A stretch of DNA of 63,711 nucleotides, the filler included, from Dimargaris cristalligena (lineage: Eukaryota), in assembly GCA_003614675.1 (NCBI GenBank). It is 4 parts of 4 records of this genome, joined end to end, with 100 filler letters (N's around TTAATTAATTAA, not from the genome) between each part and the next. Parts side by side here need not be neighbours in the genome. Positions count along the whole stretch, not along the records: positions 47,895 to 63,711 come from ML002871.1; 3 more parts are not named here. The stretch is one strand, 5' to 3'. The position numbers and the translations under genes are program-made. The notes beneath the pieces are model-generated. The model saw nothing but the letters and a program-made list of their open reading frames with translations. It made no database searches and had not been told where the DNA came from. Positions 47,895-61,342 of the stretch are shown here, piece after piece. Numbering within the stretch: the stretch's first letter is position 1; the number at the start of each line of letters is the position of its first letter.

Positions 47895-49495
47895 CTGTTG
47901 TTGGCAATGGTGATGGAGGTCTTAGAGGGTTTGAATTCCTCAAAGAGTTCTAAGTAAGGGTAGAAATGGCCACTTGCACCAGAATTGATATACTAAGTCT
48001 TAGTTAGATTTGCCTTTAAGGCAGAGGCCTTGAGGGCCAGGCCAGATTATTGAGGTTCTTGTTCATGGTGGGGAGGTGTAGGGAGCTTGAGTGGTGGTAG
48101 TCACAGTACTTTCCAGAGGGTTTCCCCTTTTTCCCTTTGACCTTTTTAAGGGCCACAGGTTTATTGAAACTGGCTATAAGGGCAGAGGAACTAGACACAA
48201 GGGGGGTTTGTTCTTGGTGTAAATAGTCTCTGTAAAGACTATCCCTGACATTGGAAAACTTCAGATTAAAAATTTTAGTAGAGTTGAAAATCACAATTTG
48301 AGTTGCAAACTCTTCCTATCTCATGGAGTTGATAAGGATCAGGGAGCAGATTATTTCCTTACCTAGTTTGAGGCTCTCAGTTTCACTGTAGAGTTGCTAT
48401 ACCTTATTGGCTATCTGGACTGGGGTCTCATTATCCTGATGTAGGTTGAAAAGTTGTTGGTAGAGCTCCAGGGTATGCAAGGCCTTGTTTGAGTTGAAAG
48501 CACTGTCCAGGGTACTCCATATTACATTCATAGATGGGCAGGACCTGATGGTTAGAAGCATATCAGCAGTGGCAGAGCCTTGGATCTTGAGCTTGGCCAG
48601 GTGGTCTTTCTTATGCCAGAACTTAGTGGAATCAAACTTAGCCTTCTCATCTTCAGTAGTTATAATGAGGGTTAGAAAGGGGGCTTCAATAACTTCCCAG
48701 AGGTTATTCAAGTTAAGGTGACTTTGCATTTGGATGCTCCAGTCATCTTAGTTTGTACCATTAAAGGTAGAAGGAGGGGGGAGATTCATTATAAAGAATT
48801 AACCAATCATTGGATGTATGGATGTATGGTTTTTAATAATTTTTAAAGGGTTTAAAGGGAATCCACTAGTGGTAGGATAGATGAAAATACCAAAAACTAG
48901 ATGGGTAGATATAGGAAAAGACTTAAAAGTATCTCTAAATAGATAAAAGAGACAGATAGAGTCAATGGATAAAAATAAAGTAAAGTAAAAGTTTATGCTA
49001 GCTACAAAGGCACAAATATGCAATTGATTGGGAATAATACACTATTATGTAGGTATATACAAGTAGTTAATGCATGTATGTATGATTATTTCAAAGATAA
49101 AAAGATAAATATGCATAAGCAGGTCTCATAACCTATTAGAATACTAAGGACATAAAGAAAATAAAACTAGAAGTAAGGGAAGAAAGTAGCTGGAGGACAG
49201 TAGGTGCCTCTAGGTGGTTAGTTTTATTGAACTGTAACTTTGGTGGGGTGAAATATAAGTGGCTAACATAAATGATCTCATGACAGCAGAATAAACTATC
49301 ATAATTGGGTGAAACAGGATAGGATAAAGAATATGTAGGAACATATGGGAGAAGTTCATTCAGGCTGTAAAACTAAAAATCCATTGGATGAGGCCAATAT
49401 TACTGGTTAAAAGATATTCTTATATATATTCGCCTATACATGTATTATGTAAAACCTTATACAGCTGGTTTGAATTTCTTCCATATTCTTCAACA
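47895..49495 (-). mobile_element. Ty1/copia remnant: 5' LTR (~49134-49495, interrupted by MITE), PBS, pseudogenised gag and protease
   Basis: PBS GGTTATGAGACC next to the LTR edge at 49134. gag MNLPPPSTFNGTN*DDWSIQMQSHLNLNNLWEVI from 48789, degenerate knuckle KYCDYH, protease *YINSGASGHF (cf. WxxDSGASxH) at ~47995-47963. Confidence 0.88.
49343..49486. mobile_element. 144-bp MITE family B, copy 3, nested in the copia LTR
   Basis: ATATGGGAGAAGTTCATTCAGGCTGTA...TACAGCTGGTTTGAATTTCTTCCATAT. Confidence 0.8.
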
Positions 49496-50935
49496 CAAGG
49501 GTCTGTGATGGAACATGCCCATCACTTGTAACAAGATTGACTGAGATAAGATTCTTAACTACAAACTGGGCGCAGAGCTTGCTCACAAATGGATTCTGTC
49601 ACCCCCCTCCCATTTTACCAGCCTAGTCCACTGTCTTCCTACCTATGTACACCCATGCCTATATATATTTACGTAGTTGCCCCTGTTCTTCTTATTTTTC
49701 TCTCTCTCTCTTTTATTAGCTCTTATTTTCCACCATTCTCACTATGTTTTTCTTTATTATTATTATTGCTGTTGTTTCATGGTGGTCACCACCGACTAGT
49801 TGTTACGTAATCAAACCCGGTATATTCCCTGACCACTACTAAGGAGAAATTCAACTAAAGCACCATTATATTTTATCCACGATGGCCTCACAATGACATT
49901 GAGCTGGCTGCCCTTACTTGATTTGGGAAGGCAATTAAGCTGATCCTTCCTTCGAATGTCCAACTGGTCTACTTGGCTATGGATAATACCGGTGGTTTAC
50001 TCAAAAAAATGCGAAGCGGGTGGTATGGAATGGCAAACGAGCCATATGCGTTTGGTAGGTGTGTCAATAGATAGACTAGGGCGTTCAGGACCGCCATTTT
50101 ACTACAAGGCGCAATGTTTGCTATTGGCAAAGCTCATGGCCCTTTAAAATAATAGAGACTCGCCTATATACGCTTATAAGTGAGCTGCTGAACTTTTGGA
50201 GTAAAACACGCCAGGGCTAGCTCTATTGTACATCCGAAGGTGCCATTGGATTCGGAATACCAGCTGCGCAATGATGCTAGACTACTAGCGACTATTTTGG
50301 TCCAGACAATTGGCTGGTTAAATCTGAGCAATAGGCCGTAGTCTATCCATAGGGTTGTTAGGAATGAAAGGGACTTAAACCAATGACTATAGGCTGGTTA
50401 TATTGTTTACTGGCTATAGTTCGACCAGCTATATTAACACGGATATCTTCTGCCGCAGTTCAATATTACTTTACTTTCCTTTCGAAAAATACCTTTTAAA
50501 TATTTTAACTAAATTTGTTGAATTAACATTACCCGCGGCATTATTCTATATACTAAACGGATAGCATTGGCTTGTCACTCTAGGCGGGCATTCAGTTGTA
50601 TTTCCACTCCGGTGAATCATATCGCCCGTTTACCACTCGGGACTGCCCCCCACACTGGTAAATAAGCGAGTCAATCGTTAATTTCGTTTTTTTTTCATGT
50701 GCTGGAGAGTTGTATAAACTTTTATTCTAAATAATTAACACTAACTATAGGACTGTGTTTACCATTTTCGGTTATTTGGCGCTAAGGCAGTCTTTTCGGC
50801 CATTTTTTAACCTGAGGGCCTCCTTTTCCACTCCGCATTTCCGATTTGGCCATCGGGGCTCTATTACCTATACACCACTCTCCATTTCTTCACATTCGCG
50901 TGCCTCGAAGTCTCCACATTTACATTCCCCTCATT

Positions 50936-53900
50936 ATGGACCAAGACAATTTACTGAAGCCCATTAACTCCGCCACAGTCCACAAGATCTGCTCGGGTCA
51001 GGTCATTATCGATTTAACCACGGCCGTAAAGGAACTGGTGGAGAACAGTCTCGATGCCGGCGCGACGCACATTGAAGTCAAATTCAAGGACTACGGCTTG
51101 GAGTCGGTGAGCGTGTCCGACAATGGCCCTGGGATCACCACGGGCAACTACGCTACCCTGTGCCTCAAACACTACACGTCTAAGCTGAGCGCCTTTGACG
51201 ATCTGGCCACCGTGCGAACGTACGGCTTCCGCGGCGAAGCGTTGAGTTCCCTCTGCGCCCTGGCTCACGTCACGGTAACCACGGCTACGGCCGACCTGTC
51301 CCCCCGCGGTGTTCAGCTGGACTACGCTTCTACGGGCGTTCTCAAGGGCCAAACCGCCATTGCCCGGGAGGTGGGCACCACGATTACGCTGAGCCAACTC
51401 TTCGCCCAGTGGCCGGTCCGGTACACACAGTTTAAAAAAACGATCCGGCGGGAATATGCGCGCTGTATGGCCGTGCTGGAGGCGTACGGGGCCGTTTGCG
51501 CCGGAACTCGGCTGGTGGTATCACATCAGACTGCTAAGCAAGGGACGGCCTCTCAAATGGTGTTCCAGAGTAATGGCAAGCCCCTGTGGTTGGACCGGAT
51601 TGCCGGGGTGTTTGGTCCCAAATTCCGCTCGCTTTTAACGTCGTATTCGGTTGCCTTGGATGAACATGCCAGCGATGGTGCAGTGGATGAGGCGGTTAAT
51701 AATGCCGATACTGCCGAAGAGCCTTTTCCAGCCATGGAAGCGGACGGGTCGAATCGGCAGAACCAAAGTCGTCCAGACGACCAGCCGCCATCCCCCGGAA
51801 GTAGCCGGATTGATGGTTACGTTTCCTTGCCCCGATCCGGATGTGGCCGCAGCGGGACGGAGCGCCAGTTCTATTATGTGAATGGCCGGCCGTGTGATTT
51901 ACCCAAGGTGGCCCGAGTGGTCAATGAAGTCTACCGCTCCTACAATCCCCAGCAATACCCCATTGTGTTTTTGAATATCCATCTGGATCCGGGCGCATTC
52001 GATGTAAATGTGAGCCCGGATAAACGAACCCTGTTTCTCCACGATGAGGCTCGTCTCCAGAACCGAATAAGGGTAAGTTGATTGGTGGTCGCGGGACAGT
52101 GGCGATGTGGGGAGGAAGGCGGGGGGGGGTATCATAATCTACTCTCTATACCGATAGTTAGGGAGTCCAGCCGATATTAAAGTATCTTAGAGCAGATCAA
52201 AGAAACACGAATTATATTTATTCTTGCCTTAAACGAGCGAATAGTCCGTAGCACTAATTAACTTCCGGTTCCGAGGGAATGGGGTCATTAAACGCCCTTA
52301 ATTCTACAACCCACTTATCACACTAACATGCAATTCCCTTACTATACCCGTAACTCTGTATCTATGGACCACGGCTACCTAGGACACCCTACACGAACTA
52401 TTCGAACCGAGTCGCTCCTCATACGACGTATGCGCTTCGAAACCCGTACCATTAAGGTCCGACTCGGTTTCTACCGCCGAGCCTGGCTCCCCGGCTGGTT
52501 TCTTTGCAAGCCAAACCCTTTTACCGGCATCCCTCGTGGGAACACCTTCGCTACCCCCAAGCCCTCTTTCCCGTGGTTCCACTTGGCTAGGCTCGGCTGA
52601 TGATCCATCATCCCGGACACCGGTAGTTTCCCGGCTACTGAACCACCTGGACCTGGACTCGTCAATGACGGACGGCGCCCTGGTACGTAAGTCAGAGAGC
52701 GATGATTCGAGCCAGTCTGAAGAAAACCTGAACAAACGACATTGCAAAGATGCTGGTCCACTGACGTTACTCGAGATGGTGGAGTCCCACGTATCAAGTC
52801 TCGGGAGTAAAGGGCTGGTGTCCCTCCCAAAGGGCATGAATGTTGATCATGCTGATATTGAGATAGACATGGCCAGTTTAGCCCCTCTGGTAAGTCAGAT
52901 TGGCCATTTTTACACAGTACTGAAACCTTGATTCCTTGTATTAACCCATGTATTGTCCGGATAGGCCACCTTCTGCCCACCTGTCTCCGCCTAATACCAA
53001 GATGGATTTTTTATACATGATAACCAATGCCTTTTAATTGAAACATCACCCATACTTAGCCGGTATTTGCCCCTGCATCCAAACCCACCGAAGAAGAGGC
53101 TTCGCATCCCGAAGCGTCTATATCCGAAAAGCCCCTCGGGGAAGGCCTTTCGCTCCCCATTCTAATCATTTGTGCGGAAGAGGCCCCGATGACCATACCA
53201 ACGGCCTCCACACCCGCCCGGGACTCGTTAACCTACTCCAGCCGCCTCTGTCGATCTGTCCAAACCATTTCCCTCTCCCAATTCACCCCTGTCGTGTACC
53301 AGCGCTATAATAAGCGATCCTCCAATATTATGAATTATTCCCAATTTTCCGCCTGGTCCCATGTCGACCAAGAGCCCATCGCCGTGACCTCGACGGACCC
53401 CCTAGCGGCGGAACTTACCAACCCACTCGTCGACTCGGAATCAGTCGACCCCATTGTCCCCGTACCCAGCGCTAATACCAAGGGCGATTCGGAGGATGCG
53501 GTGGCCCACGACGATCAACCGGCGCGAAAAACCATCAGCAAATCGGACTTTGGTCTTATTCGGGTGATTGGCCAATTTAACCTGGGGTTTATTATCGGCT
53601 GCCTCCATAATGACCTATACATCATTGACCAGCATGCTTCCGACGAAAAATTCAATTTTGAGACTTTACAGGCCACCTCCGTGATAACCTCCCAGCCTCT
53701 TATCCGGTAAGTCGTTTGTCAGGAGCCGGTAGTATTATATATTCTCAGGCTTAATAGAGGGGTGGGGGTAGAAAAAAAGCGGGTGCATGGTATATATATG
53801 TCCGGGGCATTGGAGAGGTCGGTTGGAGCGTGCCTGATTCTTTGAGAATATCTTCATGTGCCTCCGTCTAACTGAACTACCGCTAATTCAGTCTAATTTC

Positions 53901-54733
53901 GATGATTTCGATAATTTCACTCTATAGACCCAAGTGTCTGGATTTGAGTGTGTCGGAGGAGTTAGTGGCCATGGAGTACCCCAAAGTACTTAAGAAAAAT
54001 GGATTCGAAGTGACCGTCGACGATAGTCAGCCCCCCGGTCGCCGGCTAAAACTCACTCGCCAGCCCTTTGTGGACCACACTCTATTTGATGTCAACGGTA
54101 AGTTATAATGGTGTTTATCGAACTTTGGGGACACTTATTTGGATTTATATGTCCACCAGTTTGGTTGTGGTTACTTAATTATATATATATATATATATAT
54201 ATTGACATTCTTCTAACCGGATGACTCCTTGTCGATATTGATTCATGCCAATTTGGACTAGACCTGGAGGAAATTATATCCAAGTTGAGTGAAAACCCCA
54301 ATCGTATTATTCGGTGTTCCAAGGCCGAACGGGTATTCGCCTCGCGTGCATGTCGCAAGTCAATTATGATTGGGGATCCTCTCAGCCTTAATCAGATGCG
54401 GAAGGTAAGGCCAGCCTTCATGTTACGGGGAATATGTTTTCTTGATCTTTATAGTTAATAATATAACCTAGTATCTTCATTTTTGGGGCACTGGTTTGAT
54501 ATAGTTGGATTTCTGTTTGATTACTCCACTACTGAAACTCATTCCAAAAAAAATTCCTTAACCCTTTCTTTTTGATTTTCTCTTGACTGATCGGTTGGTA
54601 TTCTTGGGACCACCGGTGTTGTATCTAGATTGTCGCGGGGCTTGGGACCATTAAGCAGCCCTGGAACTGCCCACACGGCCGGCCCACGATGCGGCATCTC
54701 ATTGACTTGGACGCCCTGCCCGGGACTTTTTGA
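50936..54733 (+). CDS. PMS1: MutL-alpha endonuclease subunit (yeast Pms1 / human PMS2), 6 exons (50936-52072, 52383-52889, 53060-53706, 53928-54097, 54262-54404, 54629-54733)
   Basis: GHKL ATPase motifs VHKICSGQVI, VKELVENSLDAGA, DNGPGI, KHYTSK, YGFRGEALSSLC; endonuclease DQHASDEKFNFE, FASRACRKSIMIG, PWNCPHGRPTMRHL; all introns GT-AG and frame-consistent. Confidence 0.95.
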
Positions 54734-55884
54734 TTGTATGTTCTTTACCCATTGTGTATTTTCTTGTATCTTTTACTGCCCAATGGTACCTTATAAGACT
54801 GGATTATGTATGGAAGTCATGCGGTGAGATGGGCTGGGGGGTTGGGTTGGGTGAAGGGGATGGGCACAGTCTCTATAGTAGGACACCACCACCAAGAATA
54901 TATATATATCCTGACTACACGAGCCACTCGATGGTATTGGTTGTATTTTATTGGATGACATTGGAGTTGCGTGGTCAGAAGGTGTATTCGTCCAGGGCAA
55001 TAGCAATCGTAGCCAAGAGGGGGGGGGTGGTCGTACTGCGGAGAGAGAGGGCCTCTCCAATTTTGTTGTATTTATAGGTATGCCGTGTGGTGTGTCCGTC
55101 ATGGCATCACCATGTATGATTATTATGTGTAAGTAAGTGGTCAGTTTTTGGGAAGGGGCCCTCAAATACAATACACAGTGTATGTGAGTCAATGGAACAA
55201 TGCGGAGTGTGCCCAATTAAAGGGTTTGTCCTGACCACACTTCCATTAGTTTATACTAATGCCGGTTTCACTTGATTTCCAAGTTGTTTCAAAAGCCTGC
55301 TGTAATTCGACGATATCTGGCTTATTGTAGGAGGTGGAGGGAGGGAGGTAAACGGACATAGTTGCTATGATGCAGAGGTCCGGACCACCTGACCACCTGC
55401 GGTGAAGGGGGGGCACTTGCTTGCTTACTTAGTTACAATACCCTCTGCACCTTTTCGAGCGCACCTTCCCCACTGCCTGACTGACCGACTCAACCTATCC
55501 TCTAGCTGCCACCTCCTAATTTTCCCCCGCCCTTCTCCTAATTCAGCCATTGGTGGAGGGGGTGACTATATGCACTGGCTGTTTCCAATCCACCCCCACA
55601 AACTATAGTGGCATCATACAACGCTTCGACCACACTACTCCACCCGCCTTGTTCCCTGCCTTTTCCCCTTTTCCCTTTCCTTTCATGTATTTTCTTGTCT
55701 TGTCTTTACTTCCTCGCCTTCCATTCCATTTGTCCAGTTTTTCTGCCCCGGAGTTTCCCTATCCGTCTGACCGTAACATTTCCTTCTAATCTCCGTCCCC
55801 GAGTCTGGCCTAGCCATTATTGCCCAGGCCCCCCACCCATTCCCTCGTTTCATTCTCAGCCCCCACCCCATACTGCACCCCACC

Positions 55885-57280
55885 ATGTCGACCCCGCGCC
55901 GGCGTATCGAAGCCGATGTCATGAAGCTGTAAGTATGACCCCCCCTCTAAATCACCCGACCCCGAGCCACTTGGCCATATAGGCTGGTGCCCCCTTATTT
56001 ATCCTTCTGTATCCTTATTTTCTGTCTCTTCCGCTGCAACGCCCGGGCCGTCGTGACTCAGAAAAGCAGTACAAGTACGACCCCCTCTTGGGCAAACTCC
56101 AAACCCACTATTTCCTAGTCTGGCGAGTGCTCGTCCCCGGCTGGTCTCACCGCTACCATTACCGTTCTAACCGGAATCGCCGGCTACTTGTTTCATGAAT
56201 GCTAACCATGTATTTTCTTGTTGGCCCGTATTATGTAACGCCGCTCCTTTTTCGACAATCCTCCGTCTATGGTGTGCGATACCAAATCCACTAGGTTGAT
56301 GAGCGACTATGAAGTCAGTCTAGTGGAAGACAACATGCAAGAGTTCCACGTCAAGTTCGCCGGTCCCGAAGATAGTAAGTTGCAGAAAACTCCTATATGC
56401 TTTTGGCGGACCTAGTTAATGGTGGGCCGATTCGATGCACTTGGCAGTAGTCGATATATGCACTAACCTAGTACATTTATACCAATAGATTACTTGGGAT
56501 ATGAACTTACACATGATTCTAAATATATGTATATATCACCCGCACTGCTTCTACATATTACCTTTACTACCTTAAGCCCCATTTGCCGGTGGAGTATGGA
56601 AGATCCGTGTTGAACTTCCCGACGACTACCCGTACAAGTCGCCCTCGATCGGGTTTACTAACAAAATCTATCACCCCAACATCGATGAACTGAGTGGTGC
56701 CGTCTGCCTCGATGTCATTAACCAGACCTGGAGTCCGATGTTCGGTAAGTCCCCCCTTCGTATTTCTCCATTTTCTTTAGAACGGTGTTTGGACGAGCAG
56801 ATTTAATGTGGAAGGACCGGCCGATAGATGTCCTCCTACTTCTCCCCGGCGGTGGAGGGGGAGGAGGCCTGGTCTGTTTCTCCCCCCACCCCCACCCAAT
56901 CTGATGTGTATCCCCTTGCCCTTCTCCATTAACCGGCATTTCCCATCTCTTCATACCATCCTCCATCCACACCCTTTACCCAATATAATCATACCATGTG
57001 TACCACACATCCCCTGCCTTTAGATATGGGAAATATTTTCGATGTATTTTTGCCCCAACTCCTGCGTTACCCCAACCCTAATGACCCTCTGAACGGCGAG
57101 GCTGCCGCACTCTTATTGAGGGAGCCTAAGCAGTATGAAGCAAAGGTCAAGGACTATGTTATTCGGTACGCCACCCGCGATGCGGCCCAGCTGGATAATG
57201 AAGCAGATGACGACGACGACGATGACCTCAGCTCTATGGGGTCCTTCTCCGAAGACGACGCCGCCGATATGGAGCTGTAA
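55885..57280 (+). CDS. UBC8: Ubiquitin-conjugating enzyme E2 (Ubc8/UBE2H), 4 exons (55885-55928, 56295-56374, 56577-56744, 57024-57280)
   Basis: [86 protein letters not shown]; acidic tail. Confidence 0.95.
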
Positions 57281-58184
57281 TAGCTGGCTGTACTCCCCCT
57301 CTCCTTACATACCTGTATTCAGGCGACCGTTCCTTCGTACCCGGGAATGGTATCTGATCATGTACCTTTTCCCCGCCATTTGTCCCCCTTTGCCTCTTTC
57401 TTTCTCCACCTTAGAGCCCAATGGCCCTTTCCTCGCCACTGTATTTTTTAGTCCTTGGGGCTTGATCTTACGTTTGTTTTTTCTCACTTTTATATTCACT
57501 AGCCCAGCGTAGCTCTCATTGCGTCTTTGACCTATAATAACATACATATTCAACTGTGACCGCCTTGGCGCTATAACCCTATTATTTCCTTCTTTTCGCC
57601 CTCCAGTATAAATCCGGTGGTAACCAGCCCATTATTAATACTACCCCAATGCAGGCTCACTGCCAAACCCCCGATTTACGAGGCTCTCCCTCTCTCGTTG
57701 ACTCTGGTGGGTTAAGCTCCCCTCGGGCAATACGCTGAAAGGCAGACTCTAGTTTCAACTGGTTAAGCTAAATGGCCAAATGAATCAAGAATGGTGGAAT
57801 GATTGGATACTGTAGTGATGTTGAAATGCAAGCCTATTGGTCTGATGTATCACAGATCAAAATTGCCAAGAGGAGATGGATACTCCCGCAATGCATGACC
57901 CAAGTGGTTTTTCCTATTCACTTTCATTCGACATGTAGGCTGACCGATTCCAATTCCGGTCAATCTAACAGGTGATTACTTTCCAGTACCACCTAGTTAT
58001 TTGCTTATTTATTTATGAGGCTTCATTGTCGCGTAATAAATGGGCGTGCTAGCCTTCGGGGGTGTCCCGAAAGACGCTACTAAAGAATATGCCACTCGTA
58101 AACACACGTACAACAGGGGCTGGCCCAGCGGACTTTATAGTACTACGACGCAAAGCAAATAGAGGCAATAGGGCACCTCTCTAC

Positions 58185-59590
58185 TTAAACGGGGGTTTCC
58201 GCTGGCGCTGGCGCGGGATCCCGGTTACGATAAATGGCAAACATGCTCACCTGAATAGTTGCCAGGACCGCCCCGGCGAAATTGGGGGCAAAGACAAACG
58301 AATCGTGTATCGTATAGCCATAAAGAGCCCACAAACTCGAGGTGAGGAAAGACGTCACAGAGAGGGGGAACGAGAGCGTGTAGGTACTATGGGTAGTCAC
58401 CACCGTGCGGATGGAAACCAGCGGTGAGCTGAACATGATGACGCAGGAAAGGCAGCAGGCGAGACCTAAATGGTTGGTCGCTCGGGTTCCAGCAAGGTAG
58501 TCGACGTAGATGAACAGTACGGTGACTAAGGATGCCGCAATTAACGCCGATTTCTCAAGGTAGTTCTAAATATATGGAAAGGTGGGGTGTTTGATTGATC
58601 GATTGATTTAGCCGCCACCACCCCACAGTCGGCCCAGTTAAAAGGTGGCAAAAGAGCATACTATGAGGTGAGCGAAATAGAGTATGGGGAATATATTATG
58701 CAAGGATATCACGTAGCCATTGTTATACAATATATGGTAGTAATTGAAAGGGGAGGGGGGGATTCAGCACTTAACGCCAGCGTGTGGGGGTAATTCCTTC
58801 GAGAGACTGTTTCTATTACATTCCCCTCCCCCTCCTCACCCAAGTAATATACATTGGGGAAATTAATTAAAGGGGCTCGTGATTTACCTGGTGCTTCGTG
58901 AAAAAGTAGTGGTTGTAAAGCAAGTAAATGGATGTAATAACCCCGATGGTGTTGACCAGCACCATAAGCACATCGTGTGTAACCAGTCCATATTTACACC
59001 ACAGTAAGCAATTGACCAGCGTGGCAAACGCGGGAAACGAAGGAATCGGTACAATGGAAGGCCCAGACTTGATGCGCTTGACGATGGTCCTATAATTAGA
59101 TGGATTATATAGGCATGTGTGGTTATATATCCAAGGCAGCAGAATGATATAAGGTTAAGCAAGGTGGTTCATTGGGAGTAGGTGGGGTATATTTGGAGTA
59201 TACTGTACTGCATATGTGCGTAGCCTCTGGCCCTCGGAAACAGAGCTATATAATAGTGGAGTAGGGCTCATGGGGCGCGGTTCACTGCTAGGTTACAGGG
59301 ATGTGGTGGCATGCGTGTTTGCATGGAGTCCTAGCGAGAGGGGGGAATATCCGGCCGATTATTCCGGTGTCTATTCGGTCTGGGCAGATGGATGGGCTGG
59401 AGGGAGAGACCCTTCAATCACGCCCATTGGTCCAGTTGGCTATCCCACGAATGGACGACTTGCTATAGGGGTGGAGATGGACCTCTTGTATTAGACGAGA
59501 CAATGGGCCTTGTAAAGAACCGGCTACTTACAGTCCACTGAGGAACATGCCCGCCGTAAAAACGGTTGCGAAGGATTCAATCACCAGCAT
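58185..59590 (-). CDS. SWEET (MtN3/saliva) sugar transporter, 3 exons (59590-59532, 59089-58888, 58565-58185)
   Basis: MLVIESFATVFTAGMFLSGL|TIVKRIK..FPAFATLVNCLLWCKYGL..VNTIG..|..MFSSPLVSIRTVVTTHST..FPLS..LWALYG..DSFVFAPNFAGAVLATIQ: two MtN3 repeats. Confidence 0.92.
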
Positions 59591-61342
59591 GGGTTTAGTG
59601 AGAGTATGTGGGGGAGGGGGGGGGATAGTGGGCAAGAGATGAATGAAAAAAGTATGGGGTGTATTGAACAGAGAGAATGGCGAACTAAACGCTAGGTTTT
59701 GTAGGGAAGGAGAGAGAGCTGGAGGCTCTATAGAGGAGAGTGGGTGACGTGTGTTATAGGAGGAGCCCCAAGACAGTAGGCGTGGTAGTGTAGGAGGGAG
59801 GGGAGTCTGGCAGTGGGGGAGAGGAGCACTTTGGATTTGCGTGGTTGGATATCTCCCTTCTTTAAAAACAACAAAGAGAACCAGTCGGCGTTGTCGAGTG
59901 AATGGATTAACGGAACAGAAGGTTCCGTCGATATGAGGGTATGGTGATTCTTCAGCTCATTGCAGCCATAGCAAGGGGGTGGTTGTAGAATTCACCCGCT
60001 AAGCCGTATCTATATCTATAGGTGAGCGATTGTGGGTAAGAGGCACTTCATTGGGACACTCCGGCGGAGCTATAGTATCCCAGAATATCGGACTGCTGCC
60101 TGTCACGCCCTTCGAAGAACCGCGCTTACTTCCCGGTGATTTTGGCCGATCATCATCTCCACATTGATGAGATTGAGATAATAGGGGCCTTTATAAACCC
60201 GAATCGCGAACATCCTGGGCGCCTCCTCTACCTGCTTTCCTAAGGCCACCAACATGCGTCGGCTTAGCTGTACCATTCATTAGTCAGTTCAAGCAGAGTG
60301 GCCATACCGCTACCTATCAATTCTCCGAAGATTCGTGGCACTGCAATACAATCCTTAAATGGAAAATGCCGGCTTTTAAACGCGCTCTATTGCACGATGG
60401 GCCACGGTAATGCAATACGATCTACTGGTACCTTCAACGCCGTCCTGATAAAAAAAAACAGGTTCAGATTAAAAGAGAAATAAATATGGACATTATAAGT
60501 CGTAGCACCGGAATTGCCTTATTTCATTTGGTATCAATAGTTTCCATTGGCATTACTACTACTTCGATAACGGGATGTCTAAATCACGCCCGGGAATGGG
60601 GCATTACTCAACATCATACGGGTCATTTCGGATAGTAAGTACGTGGTTATGTTGTTGGAGTACCAAAAAAGCAGCACCAATTCCACTTGGACTGTATATT
60701 GACCTCGTACAGAATTATTAGCTATATATTTAGGCCATCTAATAAGCTGTACGGGGGAGAGGGGTCGTTCTGAACCTAAACTAGAGAGCACGGTGGCACA
60801 AAGCCAGACGCCAACCTACCTGTAACACCCTAGCCATCCGTTAGCAGGTGTGCCGTTGGGGTTTTTTCCACATTCGTGCACTATGCAAAACTATTAGATG
60901 TGCATAAAATCGGCTTGTTTAGGCCAAGTGAACAGAGAGGGAGAGGGGGTGACAGCTTTCTATTCGCGCGGTTCTCCTAGTCGTAGAGGCTGGTATCAAA
61001 GTAAGGATGTAACAATCCCCCCAACGGCATAGTGACCCCCCGGCCAGCTTAAATACTAGCTATAATCCTCCCCATCAACTCCGTTTCACCCTAATCATGC
61101 TATTCTTAACGGCTTTCGCATTTGCTTCCAAAGCTTTGTTAATCTTAATTCTTATATTGTACACCTGCTCGACCGGCACCCCATTCCAAACAGTAAGACT
61201 CAGCGACACTATTCGTGTGTGGGTCAGTAATAGTTGGGTAGCTTGTGGCCAATTTTCGAAACGGTATTGCTAGATAATAGCTCTTTTATATCCTACTTCT
61301 TCGCTTTCCGATCTTCCAACAGCTGTCGCTGAAAAATTAGCC

